A stretch of 63,945 nucleotides of DNA, filler included, from Ministeria vibrans ATCC 50519 (Eukaryota; Protista; Filasterea): assembly GCA_943704425.1 (NCBI GenBank). It is 7 parts of 7 records of this genome, joined end to end, with 100 filler letters (N's around TTAATTAATTAA, not from the genome) between each part and the next. Parts side by side here need not be neighbours in the genome. Positions count along the whole stretch, not along the records: positions 1 to 14,113 come from CALSCP010002485.1; positions 14,214 to 17,063 come from CALSCP010001163.1; 5 more parts are not named here. The stretch is one strand, 5' to 3'. Within the stretch, counting starts at the first letter, position 1. Each line of letters begins with the position of its first letter. Below the pieces are notes generated by a model. That model was given only the letters and a program-made list of their open reading frames with translations, did not search any database and had not been told where the DNA came from. A program made the position numbers and the translations under genes. Shown in pieces: positions 1-14,424 of this stretch.

Positions 1-90
<90 letters not shown>
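1..90. repeat. (TC)n microsatellite, probably intronic, at the window start
   Basis: Pure TC dinucleotide run. Confidence 0.95.
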
Positions 91-91
<1 letters not shown>

Positions 92-131
92 ACTGAACAC
101 TCACCTTTTCCTGTCCTTCATGCGTATGTAG

Positions 132-537
132 GTCTTCATGGCTGTGGGAAGCCATTCCATGCACGTGCCGTACCGCAACTCGAAGCTCACCCATCTGCTA
201 CAAGACGTACTCACACACACACACACACATACATACATACATACACACATACACACACAAATTAATACCGCAATACGCAGTAATACCCACTCGCTCAAAT
301 TACACACAAGCATATTAAGACACACACTTACTTACTCACCCTCACTCACCCTTGTGTTCTACCTCGTCGTGTCCGCGTCTGCAGTCGTTGGGCGGTGACT
401 CGAAGACGTGCGTGTTTGTCAATGTCAGTCCGCTCGACACCAACATCGACGAGACTATCAGTACCCTCACCTTTGGCAAGGGCATCCAGTGCATTGAGTT
501 GGGACCCGCCCAACGGCACTCGGTCAAACAACAATAA
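132..537 (+). CDS. Kinesin motor domain C-terminus (kinesin-14/KIFC-like, C-terminal motor), 5'-partial; exons 132-206 and 385-537
   Basis: HVPYRNSKLTHLLQD, then a GT..AG intron, then SLGGDSKTCVFVNVSP..ETISTLTFG. The protein ends shortly after the motor domain. Confidence 0.9.
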
Positions 538-624
538 AAAATTAATTACAATGGACGTAATACATTAGTATATATTTTTTATTATTATTATCATTATTCG
601 TTTTGTTTTTGATACAGTCATCTT

Positions 625-3600
625 CTACTCGAGAAGCGACAAAAGATGCTCGAAGCGCTCGCGAAGCAGCTGCGCCGGTTTGCCCTGGTTGAGTGTGCCC
701 TTGGCCACGAGATCAAGCCAGGCGTCGTCGTCCTCGCTCTGCTCTAGTGCCAGCCCATACTCAAGAATCTCGCGATCCTCCTCGCGTGTCCACGCCAGCT
801 CCATTATGCCCACGTCGCACGACTCCTCCGCCAACGTGTGCATCACAGCGGGCGATGTGGGTTCAATAGACAGCACACGCAGTGGACCTGCCACTTCGTC
901 CCATTCCATTTCCGTGGGTGCCACTGCCATCCCGTTGTTGTTGTTGCGCGACGACAACGATGACGCTCCCTCAGACTCCTCCAGACTATTCGCCTCTTCC
1001 TCCGACTCCGGCCCTTCTTCGGCCACGTCATCCTCTTCATTCGCACCCTTTCCATCCCCCACCTTTGCCTCGTTATCTTCATTCTCCTCTCCTCCTCCGT
1101 CCGTCTCATTCGTTTCCATCCGACCAGCATACTCGCCGAGGCCAGTCATCATGAGATTCCGCTTCAGTTGACGGATCTCCCCCCCAATCTTGTCATCGTC
1201 GTCGTCGTCCTCCTCTTCCTCCTCTTCATCACCATCATTATCATCAATGCCATCATCATCAATGTCAACATCATCATCATCCTCATCATCCTCATCATCA
1301 TCATTCTCATCATCATCATCATCATCAGCATCCTCATCATCATCACCGTCATCCTCATCATCATCACCATCATCATCATCCTCCTCCTCCTCGTACTCCA
1401 CTCCGGGGCGCCCCGCACCCGCCATGGTCATCATGGCGCCCCACGTCTCTTCGTCATTCATCGCCAGCGTAGGCTCTCCCGTCACACCATCCCCATCGTC
1501 TTCCTCGTCACCCTCACCGTTATCGTCATCGTCGTCACTCGACAGCACAATTGCCTCAAACACGACCACAGACGCCCCTTCAATTTCAATCACACTAGCC
1601 GCATCCTCACCATGCGTTCCATCGTCCTCGTCCGACGACGGCACAGTCACCTGCTCAAAGTGTCCCGATGCCGCATGATCAAGTACACTGAGCGATGCGC
1701 CAAATGGATCACATGTGTCTCCGCCGCCAACGGGAAGCAAATGACTGATGGTTGGCAAAGACGACACCTTTCTCGCAGCATCAACAGCAGACGACGACGA
1801 CGCGGCAGAAATCGTGCGTTTGCTCACGCGCGTTTTACGCATACGTGTCCGTCGCTCCTTGATGACACGCGGATACTGACCACGCGTGGGCGTGCCATTG
1901 GCAACCTTTGGTGGGGCGTTCGTCCGTGTGAGCGACGCCGCGGCAACGGCAGCCGCAGCAGCCGCTGCCGCCGCCATGGCCCCAAGCGGATTTTTTTGCG
2001 CCAGCATTTCCTGCAGCGCCGCAAATTGTTTGACAGCGGACGGGTTGAGCAGCGGCAGCAGTGGTCGTGCCAGACTTGTAGGCGATGCGCAGGCCCGAGA
2101 CTCAGCAAGGGTCGCCGTCTTTGGTACAGCGGGGGAGGTGGAGGAGGAAGGCGACACCATACGCGCCCCTGCCATGACCGCATCTGTGGAAGACGTCAAG
2201 GCATTTGCACTGGCAGCGTTGGCCCTTGAGGGCGAGGTGTCGACACCGTGAGTGAGGTAGGGGGGTTGTGTGAGGGGAATACACGGCTCATGATCGAGCA
2301 CACAGGCACGCCACATGGGCGTGTCCGTACAAAAGGTCGTAGCACAGTAGGTGCGCATGGCACGCGCCAGCTCGGGGGTCCATGTGCCACCGCCGCGCGT
2401 CAACATGCGCATGGGACTGTCGTTGCGGCTTTTCGAGCGGTTGCGCATATTCTTGATGCGTCGAGACACACATGCCACGTCCTTGATGGGTAGGTTCCAG
2501 TCGCGCACCGCCTCTATGCGTCGCTCGGCGCGCACCAACGACGACAGAGGGAATCGAATGAAACCGTGCACCAACAAAAGATCTTCGCTCTCAAGGAAAA
2601 ACGACTGACACGCTTGGGGTGGATGCTCAAAGGGCGCAAATACCGGTACAAGTGTGGGATCACTGACAGAGGCAATGCGCGCCAGTGCCTCCACCTCAGA
2701 CTCGCACAGCACCGTTCCCAGTCGCACCTCGCTCTGTCCACAATGCGTTCGATGGACCACAAAAGGATTAGGACGCACACGAGAAGTCACCTGCCGCACA
2801 TACTCTGCGTACACTGCCGCATGAGGCAATTGCGACAGCGCGCCACGACACACAAATGCCCGCCGTTGACGTCGCCTCTGTCCTCCCCTCTCTCCTTCTC
2901 TGCCTCCTCTTTCCTCCGCCATCACCACGTCCTCCTCTTCCTCTTCGTTGCCATGCCACTGGTCATGTGCCTCTTCCAGCGCCACATCGGCAAAAGCGGT
3001 GCCGCCAGGCAAGCCCCACGGCAGCCCATCACGGCACACGGCGGTGGAAAGCTCACGGACGAGTGAGCGTAGAGGTCGCACTACATCGTAAAGGTCTGGT
3101 CGGGACCGCGAGAGCACAATCGACTGAGTCAATAGCTGCATGTGCTGCTGTGTTTGGCGATGCAGCGTAGCTCGTTGCGCCACCGTAAACGACGTACCAG
3201 GCGGAAGCAAGTCGCTGTGTCGATCCAGCGCGGTGGTTCGTTGAGCTTCGCGCTCGGCCTCGCGAGCGGCTGCCACACGCTCGGCGCGCGCACGACGTTC
3301 CGCCAGCGACATGTGGCGCTGCGCACGCAGTCGAGCCGCCTCAGAGAGGGGAGGTGGAGCCAGCGTGTGCGCTGCAAGAGCCTGTGCGGCATTTGGGTCG
3401 CGCTCGAGAGGCGCATTAGCCTCGACAAAGGTCAGCGGATCGTAGCCATCGAGATTCTGCAACGTCTGCATGAGCTCGTTGTATTCGCGCTGGGAGACGC
3501 GCACCGACGTGTCGTTGCGATACTCCTCGGACTGGTCGTGCGCAAGGTGTTCCTCCTCAAACAGATAGTTGTACTCGGGGTCGCTCATTTCATCGTCGGG

Positions 3601-4193
3601 TAGCTCCACATTACTCTGCAGCACCGAAAGGAACTGCTTGTACGGCACGAGCTCGTCGTCATCGTCTTGTCGGCTCGCACGCTCCTCCTCCTCATCATCA
3701 TCATCGTCGGCGTCGTCGCGCAACATTGCCTCCAGCTCGTCAATAGTCGCCTGCGCCAGCGACACTTTGCTTCGCGTGCGCTGTGCCACAAGAGCCACGT
3801 TGAGTATCCTCTCTGCATTTGCGTCGTCCAGCTCCATTGATGCGGTAGTGTTGGTGGTAGTGGTGGTTCCCGTTGTCGTTGTGGATGTGCTTGGCAGACG
3901 GTGCTGGCGTGCTGACATGGGGTCGTTGGCGTTCTCTTCGTCGCCTCCATCGTCACCGTTGCCAGTTGCCGCGGACGAAGAGGGTGACGCTACCAACACA
4001 CGACTGGCACGCACACGACGCGACCCTTCGCCAAGCAACGGGAATACGGCTTCGACTGCTTGCGCGTGTGGCGACAGGAGTAGGCGACGTTGCACAGGAG
4101 ACACCGCGGCATCCGATCCGTCGTTGCTCTGGTCGCGCACTGGCGAGCGGAAATGCACGTGTTTTTCAGAAACAGGAGTTCGTCTCGCGACGT

Positions 4194-4230
<37 letters not shown>

Positions 4231-5253
4231 TGCCGGTTCCACAACAGCCACTGTGTCCTCCTCCCCAGCTTGGTCTTCTCCCTCTTCCTCACCACCTTCT
4301 TCGTCATGTTCCTCACCATCTTCCTCATCATCATCTTCTTCATCTTCTTCTTCATCATCGTCACTATTGTCACCACACACGGAATCACTGCAATCCGACT
4401 CGCCACTCTCTTCAGCATCACCATCGACCGAACTGTCCGAATCGGAGTCGTCCGAGTTGGACGAATCAGAACTGTCCGACGACAAGGAAGACGATTCGTC
4501 GCCACACGACGACAGTTCCATGCCCGCATAGTAGTCGTCGTCATCTTCGCTTGTCCCTGCAATGCTCGCCGCTTCGTTGTCATCGTCATTGTCAGCGTCC
4601 ATTTCGGCTGTCCTCGTCGCTTTGGTTGCTGTGGTTGTTGTTGTTGTCGTTGTCGTTGGTGGTGGTGCTCCTGTGCTACTGGACGCCTCTGTCGCGCACA
4701 TGTCCCGTCGTGATGGCTGGTGATGGCGACTCATCGAGCGTTGGACGTGCCAGGGGAGGTTCACAGCAAGCAGTGCCTTCTGGAAGGCGACTGTCGCGCG
4801 CTCTTCACGCGCCAAAACACCCTCATCGTCGTGGCTGCCGTCGCCGGGTGCTTCAGCGTTGTAGCTGCCTGGCGTCGATGGACGAGACGATGCTGCAACG
4901 TCGTCGGCCGCCTGCATGTTCTTGAGAACCTCCGCCATGAGCGGGTGGCGGATCAGGTCGCGCAGGAGCGTTTTCACCTGAGGTCGATTCATGTTGAACT
5001 GAGCGCGCTTCTCCTCGAGACCGTCTTCATCAACCAGCGCCGCCGCGGCCTCGACTTCCTCCGTCATTTCAACGTGCTGCCTGCGACGCTTTCGCGGCGT
5101 CTCGGCGTTGTTCGACGACGCTGGGGACATCACATTTGCATCGGCAACACCCGACGCAATCTCTTCGGTCTCCATGGGCACCGGCGACACAGGCGCCGGC
5201 ACGGGCGACCTTAAGGGTGTCCGTGCCGGCTCGTCGCCAGCGGGGCCGCTCAT
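625..5253 (-). CDS. GON4L: GON-4-like (GON4L/YY1AP1-like) nuclear protein, single exon, 1542 aa
   Basis: VAQRTRSKVSLAQATIDELE, DDEMSDPEYNYL, EEYRNDTSVRVSQREYNELM and QQHMQLLTQ blocks; C-terminal Myb/SANT-like WTREEDREIL; long acidic tracts. Confidence 0.8.
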
Positions 5254-5379
5254 AAGAAAATAATTATATTATTAAATGAAAACAGAATAAAAAGAATAAG
5301 AAACTAAAACGTTGTAAAACAAAAGAAAGTTAAAACGTTGTCATACAAATAAAGGAAAACAGAGACTTATACAAATGCT

Positions 5380-7138
5380 TCATTCATTGGAGAGAACATA
5401 CTCAAGCTGGCTGTGCAAAGTGATTGAAGTGAGACGCTCGTCAATATTCGAGTCCGTTCCAGCGCTAAAAAGAATGAAACAATTAACACAATGTTCAACT
5501 GGGTAGGACCGTACGAAATGAGAGCGGGGAGGGCGGTGGTAGAGGCATTGGGGAGGGGCAGGGAGAGACGACCGGTGAGGATGGCACCGGCGGCATGGAC
5601 TTGGTCGAGGTGGGGCAGAGGCGGAGCAGCGCAGTGGGTGAGGATCTCCCAGAGAGTGACGGCCAGCGCCCACGCATCAGATGCCAGCGAGAACTGCGCA
5701 TGCTCAATGACTTCCGGAGCCATGTGGCGCACAAAGGGATCCGTGGTGAACCAACGCGTGTCGTTGGACAGGTAGGCAACGCCCGTGTTGGCCACCTTGT
5801 AGTGTCCCGACCGCACCACAAGCACACTGGCGGCCGTGAGACTGCGGTGTACCACCCGTCGCGACGCAAGGTATGTCATTGCACCCGACACCTGCGTTCC
5901 AATCTGAAGCAAGTCGGCCTCGCTTGCCCGCTGCATCCGCGGGTGCATTCGGAAATACTCATTCAGATGAACCCTACAAGAGGCACAAGAGAGTGAGTGA
6001 AGAAAAACAAGAGTGAGAGATCATGAGAGTCATCGCACATCCAGTGGACGTGTACAATTACTTACCCAAGACCATACTCAAGGCAGAGTACAATGCCAGT
6101 GCCAACCGACTGGATACGTCCAATGGCCCCTGACAAATCGTCAAAGTCATCGTCGTCATCGTTGTCGTCGTCGTCGTTGTCGCCGTCGTGGTGGTGGTGA
6201 TGGGGAGAGCTCCCGCGAGTCCCTTGCGCCGGTAAAAACCCAATAAAACGCTGTAGATTGACATGGCGCAGCCCTGCAAGGGCTACCGACGCGTCATTCA
6301 TGGTCATGGAGTCGACTGACGTCTCGGGAAGATTGCGCGCCAGAATCTCCAGGGGAGCAGCGTTGCTCCCACGATCCAGCGTCGCCTTGTAGAGCGGTCC
6401 AAAGCGGTTGCGCGAGACAAGCTCGCCAGGCCCGAACAGACTGCGATCCAGCGCGAGCGCGTCCGTGCCAAAGCGACCCGATGCAAACGCGTACATCGCA
6501 GTGCGCGTGAGGTGTTTCGACGTTGAGGCGAACAGCAGGTCGCCCTCGATCAGCGGCGCCTCAATGTCGACACAATTGATCTCGACACTGAGCGCACGTT
6601 GCTGGAGAGCAAGGGTGCGTTCGCGAAACTCTTGGAGCCGACGAGTGGACGCCGTGGCAGGCGCATGCTCGTCTTCTGAAGCGCGACGGGCCGCCGCTGC
6701 TGGTGGTGGTGGTGGTAGGGGTTGCTCGCCCACGCTGCGCAGCGCGTGGGACTCGCGCGGCTGAGGCGGCAAAAAGGTGGACGTGAGAGAGGAAGGGGCG
6801 GGGGCAGGGGCGACGCCGGGGAGAGTGCGAGCGTCGTCGAGCGACTTCGGGATACGGAACTTGTCCTTGGACAGGACCGACGACGATCGCTGCGGAGGCT
6901 GCGGTGGCGGGCCGTCGTTGCCTCCGCTAGGCCTGCGTGTGCGTGTGGAGCTCGGCACCATCTCTCGCGCGTCCATTGCGGGCAGAGGCGGCGGTGGGCG
7001 CGCATCGAAAGTGTTGCCGGGCGATGTGGACACCACAACCTGCTCTGCTTTGTTGCCCTGCGACACCACCTGGGCTGTGGGGGGCGCTGCCGCCGTGGAC
7101 ACAGGCCTTGAGCTGCTGGGTCGTCGAAACAAGGGCAT
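5380..7138 (-). CDS. Tyrosine-kinase-family pseudokinase with a Pro-rich N-terminus (spliced)
   Basis: Kinase subdomains are in order but degenerate: SRNRFGPLYKA, ILARNL, HRSLTAAS, KVANTG, RHMAPEVI, FSLASDAWALAVTLWEI. The last intron gives ...SAGTDSNIDERLT...SNE* (stop at 5380). Confidence 0.75.
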
Positions 7139-7340
7139 TTTGGTGGGAAATTCTGATGATTTATCGGTTATCAGTCAGCCAATCACGCAAATGCAATCCG
7201 TACAAAAGTGAAACAAAAGGGAATCTTCATTGCTGGTTGATCGGCGAATAGAACGGATCATGAACAACAATGCACATTTTACATTTACAAACAACACACT
7301 TGTTAACGCTGCCAGACACACCACTCACACTCGTGCAACT

Positions 7341-9135
<1,795 letters not shown>

Positions 9136-9178
9136 AATAAAAAATAAAAATTATTATTATTAATTATTTTTATTTACA

Positions 9179-10267
9179 ATGGCGACTGCTCGTGCGCGGT
9201 ATCCGTACCCCAAGCGAGTTGAAGACGAATCGGTTTATAACATGATCCCCGAGCGAGTGAGGTGCGTCACTATGTGTGTGTACTTTGAAAAGCCCTCCCG
9301 TTGCCATGGTTATTGAACGGTTTCGCTCAATTTTAGCGAAACGCAACAGTCGCTTCGACACACAAGCAAGTTTGCAGGTCATGCACGTCGTACGACCGCT
9401 GACTCAAAAAGAGGAGTTGGAGCGGGTGCTGGGGCTGCGACAATGGGATTTGAAACGTCGCGCCCTGACCCAAAGCACTACATGAGAAGGGGCCGTGGCG
9501 AAGAAATCAAAGCAACTGCAAGTACGTACACGTTTACCATACAGGCTTCCGGACACTCATTAACTGAGTCAACTTAATGTCTATTAAAATTATAATATTA
9601 TTATCATAATGACTTGCAGAACCAACGCCAACAAAGACACCTCGCGAACACATCCGACCGCCTGTACCCAAGCGCGAAGAACGTCCAATGGCCGTGGCAA
9701 CGCAAGAGCGAGACTTTGTTCGCGACAACGCCTTGGAGGCCATCAGAACCCGTATGACGTGTCAATCAGATTCATGATCAACTGTCACATTGTCTTATGA
9801 TTTATGTATGGCGTAGAAGCAAACAAAACGGAGCAGCAGTCGCGAATGTACACACAAAAGAAGGACTTTGGACGTACTCCGAGCTATCTTGCTCGACGAC
9901 GCGAGGGAGAGCGGCAGCGAGCACAGCAGACAGAGAGAGAGATGGAGACGAGGCGTGCGCAGGAGACCGCTGCCTTTGTCATGCCCGACCACGAGCGCCT
10001 AGAGCTGCTCAACGGACTCAAGGTTGGGCGAAGAGGAAGGGAGAGCACGTCTACTAACTACATTTCACTGATGAACACTTGTTCTTTCCGCAGACGAACT
10101 GGGAGCGCCTCAACATGCAATATCAACGTCTGTCCCTTTCCATCGACAACGTCCAGAAGAAGCAGCGAAAGGAACGACTCGAAGCGGAGCTGAAACAAAT
10201 AGAGGCGGACATTGCGACGCTGGATGGTCTTGGCGGAAGACGCACAGTGCTTGTGGCCAACTATTAA
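9179..10267 (+). CDS. ENKUR: Enkurin (ciliary microtubule inner protein), multi-exon
   Basis: MATARARYPYPKRVEDESVYNMIP; RPPVPKREERP..DFVRDNA; YTQKKDFGRTPSYL; ERLELLNGLK|TNWERLNMQYQRLSLSID..RKERLEAELKQIEADI. Confidence 0.9.
9300..9313 (+). promoter_or_regulatory. Candidate RFX X-box in enkurin intron 1
   Basis: GTTGCCATGGTTAT, close to the X-box consensus GTTGCCATGGCAAC, in a ciliary gene. Confidence 0.6.
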
Positions 10268-10481
10268 AGATACACCCCATTTATAATAATTATTATTAAT
10301 GATGTACATGTACAGTAACCACACGAAGACACAGGAAGACGCAGCCAGACCAGACCGCCTTGCACACCCAACCGAAACTCACTCTAGGAGGTCACACGCA
10401 TATGGGAAAACATTAATGGCAGGTCAGCGCGCTCTGTTCGTCGCTAACCAGTGAGGCAACTGCAATGGTGCGCTACACCCC
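10268..10481. repeat. Dispersed ~180-210 bp repeat, copy 1 (diverged)
   Basis: Shares CAGCCAGACC(..)GCCTTGCA..ACCGAAACTC..CTAG..TGGCAGGTCA..CCAGTGAGGCAA..GCAATGGT with 51460-51640 and 53025-53200. Confidence 0.85.
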
Positions 10482-10959
10482 ATGGCCAGTGGAAGGGTGG
10501 AAGGCCAGTGGGCGCGAAGGGAATGAAGAAAATGAACATATTCCATTCATGGAGAAAGAATACGGCAAATGCAGCTTCAGGACGTGCGTGGAATCGTCAG
10601 CATGCTAAACAGTCTGTCCTGTGGCACCCATAGTGTGGTCGCTCCTGAGCAATGTGCCGTTGAAAATTGTGTGTTGATATTTCACAAAGATTTTTGGTTC
10701 GCTCGATATCCAGCCACAAGGACGGCGACCCAGCTTGCCACCACAACAAGCAGCATTGCCGCTGCAACAATTAATCTTGCCGAGGTGCTCATGAACCGTG
10801 TGAACTGAGAATGAATTTGATAATAATAATAATTATTATTATTATTATTCATTTTATTGATTGTTTGATTTGACAATGATTGATTCTTTACAAGTTCGTT
10901 CTTTTATTGCTTCCTCTCACAACCCAGTAAAGTATAAAGTATAAACCCGTGGACTGATG

Positions 10960-12112
10960 TTACTCGCTCTGCTCCGTCTGCTCAAATGGTAGGAGCGACC
11001 CAAACCAAAAGTGTTGCATAATGGGCACTTTATGGAGCACTTCCACCTTGAACATCTTCACTAGTCCACTCTGAACTTTCTCCCAGCTGGGCACTGCCGA
11101 TATGTCCCACAGCATTGGAGAGTGTTCGTGAAATGGGCCCGTTTTCACTTCGTTAACGTGCTAAGGGTGTGGTGGTGCCAATATGAGTGAGTTGCTGCAT
11201 GCAAGCGTTTTGTTGTTGTTGTTCACTACGGCTTACTTTGATACAATCGAGGAACATGTAGTCGCGCGCGTATGTAGCAGTGATTTCGGGATCAACAAAG
11301 CTATTGGGGCGCAGCTGCTTGTGCGGGATGAGCTGGTAGGCGCCCCAAATGTATGCCAGATGATGATGGTCGTCGAGGCCCCACACACCGTGGCTGCCTG
11401 CCGGCTCAAGCTGGTACGTGCAGCGCACTTTGCGTGCTAGCTGTAGGTATCGCTGGAAGATTCGAAGGACGGCGGCGGCGCGGTCAGCCTCGGTGAGTGC
11501 CTCAAGGCAGAACAGACTGCAAAGCAGTGCGCCAAAGTTGAGCTCGTGTCCCGTTCCATAGTCGATGCGCGTGGGATTGCCAAACGACGTCGAAAAGTAG
11601 TGCGCCAGCTCGGGCACAGCGTAGGGAGGCACGGTCAGTGAAGAGGGAAGAATCTCCAGGATGAGCGCAGAGGATTCCTAACAAGAGAGGAAACAGGTGA
11701 ACTTTGCTTTGGGGAAGTGCGTCGACCCGCTACCTCTTCAACGCGCGCGTGCCAGTCGCGGAAGGCTGTGTTTCCAAACCGCATGGGCTGGTCGACAGGA
11801 GGGTAGGCCGTGAGCCATTCGTCCAGGCGGTCAAGGATCTCGACAAAGGCCTTAACCGCCTAATCATATGATCATCAACTAAAAGGCGCCCTTCCCCTTT
11901 GTTTCTTACGGCCGATTCCTCAATGGCATCCCGTAACTTCTTGCCTTGTACGCTTTCGCCAACGTACGCGATGAAGCTCGTGAGTTTCTGACATGCTTCG
12001 CTTTTCTACACAAGACACAACGAGATCAGAGGACGAGACGACTGCCAGTCGGGCTCACCTGGAATGTCTCCAGATCCTGCTCTGTCTTGATGCACTTGCG
12101 AAGTGTCGTCAT
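10960..12112 (-). CDS. PTPA: PP2A phosphatase activator PTPA (PPP2R4), multi-exon
   Basis: [68 protein letters not shown]. Confidence 0.96.
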
Positions 12113-12237
12113 GCTGATCAAGACAAAAACTGTTAACACTTATAACTAATTTAATTATTATAATGTGAATAATGTGATTTTATGAATAATTTCTACAGTC
12201 TACTTATATTAGAATTTATATTTATATTTCTCTTGCA

Positions 12238-13285
12238 ATGGACGCAGTAGAAACATTTAAACGCGTCCACCCCACCGAGTTCTACAGTCGCTTTTTGGTA
12301 TTTTATTTGTGATGTGCACCTTTCCATTTTTTTTTTTTTCCTCCTCTCATCGTGTGTTGAGTAGCAAAAAGGCGTCCGTCCTGACGGCCGCGCCTTGACT
12401 GACACGAGAAAAACGACAGTGTCTGTTGCCTCGGTGTCGACGGCAGCAGGTACAGCGTGTGGTTTGGGGCGAGGAGAGTGATTTCGTGACACAGCGCACT
12501 CTCGCTTAGGGTCGTCGACCGTCAAGGTGGGCCACACGACCGTCGTGTGCGGCGTGGTGGCCGAGCTGGCCGCCCCGCTGCCGAGTGCGCCTTCGTCCGG
12601 CTTCATTGTCGCCAATGTCGAGCTGGGCCCGACGTGTTCGGGTGAGTTTCGGTCGGGGCCTCCCTCAGGCGAAGCCATCCAGCTGTCGGCGCTGCTCCAC
12701 GACACCTTCTGCGACACTGCAGCCCCGCTGGTGCCCTCCGACGCACTGTGCATTGTTCCCGGTGAACTCGTCTGGTGTCTGCACGTCGACTGCGTGTGTC
12801 TCGACCACGATGGCAACGTCGCCGACGCGTGTGTCCTTGCCGTCGCCGCTGCACTCCACAGCACAAAAGTACACGCCGAAACAGAAAGTTCTATGTGCTT
12901 ATGTGCGTATTCTCTCTTTTAGCTCCCCAATGTAGATACAAGCAGTGGCAAGGCAGTGCGGACGGCAGGCAGCACAGCGCTGGCATGCAGCGGCCCCACG
13001 CCCATCAGCGTAAGCACAGTGCTGATGCCCACCCATGCGCTCTGCATCGACCCGACTCGCGACGAGGAGGCCGTGGCGGACGGACTTATGCGCATCATCG
13101 TTGCCACTCCAACACACCCCAGCGAGCACAGCAGCCCGCTCAGCCTCATTGCGCTTGATAAGACTGGCGCACGAGCCCTCAGTGCCTCCCAGACGCGCGC
13201 TTGTTTGCAGTGCGCTCGCGTCCGCGCAGCCGAGGCTGTCCGGCTCATCCACGCCGCCCTCGCCGCCCCTACTCCTGCCCCTTAG
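12238..13285 (+). CDS. EXOSC8: Exosome complex RNase PH-like subunit RRP43, multi-exon
   Basis: MDAVETFKRVHPTEFY; GVRPDGR; VKVGHTTVVCGV; FRSGPP; LVWCLHVDCVCLDHDGNVADAC; IDPTRDEE. Confidence 0.9.
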
Positions 13286-13349
13286 CCCACTCGTCCTTTT
13301 TTTTCTTTCTGTAGTATACCGCATCCCCCACTCTTTTTCTCTTCTTTTA

Positions 13350-13970
13350 CTACTGTGCAATCGACTGGAGGATCTCGTAAAAGCGCGGCAGGTTGGCTTT
13401 GCGCAACAGAATCACATTGCGCCGGAGTCCTTCATTCTGTTGCCAGTCCATGACCACCTACAGCGAGAGGAGAGGAGGAAAAGAAACAAAGCGATGGAGG
13501 CACAAAGAAGAACATGATTGAGAGAACACACAAGTGAGAGCTTTAGTGAGTGAGAAAGAGAGGGGAGAAGAGAGAAGTGTAGTGGGGTGTACTGACCTGT
13601 CCGCGCGTGTGTTTACCCGCCAACTCCACCTGCATGTGCTCGCGCGTCACTTCCACTGCGACTGTCGGGTCCACGGCCAGCACTACCGCACACGCGTCAC
13701 ACACAACCCACCCGCCGCTCTTCTCCAGGGCCGCAGACGCCGAGTGTCGGTTTACAGAGTGTGCTGTGATGGCTCGCAGGAACCGCGACCGCTCACTTGT
13801 GCCCGTAATCCTAAGTCCAAGGTGTCGGGATTCTTCTTCGCTTCCCACACACTCCTTGCTTACATGTCCTCAAATTTATCCCAAGGGAGAGCCATCTCAA
13901 GTGTCATTTCCCACGTCACTAGCTCTGTCGTCGGAAACTCTTCTAGACAAATCTCTGCCGATTCTACCAT
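13350..13970 (-). CDS. Inosine-uridine-preferring nucleoside hydrolase family, 5'-partial (runs towards the gap)
   Basis: ESAEICLEEF..LVTWE; CDACAVVLAVDP..VELAGKHTRGQ|VVMDW, typical of the IU_nuc_hydro C-terminus. Confidence 0.8.
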
Positions 13971-14061
13971 TGGAAAAAACAAACGTATCATAATTACACA
14001 CACACACACACATGTACATACCACACACATACCACACACAGATACACAGTCACACACATAC

Positions 14062-14113
<52 letters not shown>

Positions 14114-14213
14114 NNNNNNNNNNNNNNNNNNNNNNNNNNNNNNNNNNNNNNNNNNNNTTAATTAATTAANNNNNNNNNNNNNNNNNNNNNNNNNNNNNNN
14201 NNNNNNNNNNNNN
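14114..14213. other. Artificial contig linker (N44-TTAATTAATTAA-N44); the same linker occurs at 17064-17163, 47677-47776, 53401-53500, 55714-55813 and 62446-62545
   Basis: Identical six-frame-stop linker flanked by Ns, repeated six times. Confidence 0.98.
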
Positions 14214-14424
14214 GTACCCACCGTCAGGCAGTGTGGATACGTCCCAGTACGCGGTCGAATACCCAAACACTGAAGCCAAAAAATAAGCGAAAATCCGCCT
14301 TTGATCACCTACGAGCCCCCGAAATCGCCCCTTCATCTAGTAAATTACTATTATTATATCGCCCATGGCCAGCACGCGCGTACGGTACCCCAAAGAAGGG
14401 CGGGGCGAACGCGTGGCGAAACAA

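Noticed and set aside
680-5214. Many long plus-strand and alternative-frame ORFs over GON4L (likewise over usherin-like, BOP1 and SIN1)
   Set aside because: Shadow ORFs from GC-rich, low-complexity coding sequence.
14158-14169. Recurrent TTAATTAATTAA palindrome as a biological repeat
   Set aside because: It is always centred in 100-nt N blocks, so it is an artificial six-frame-stop contig linker.
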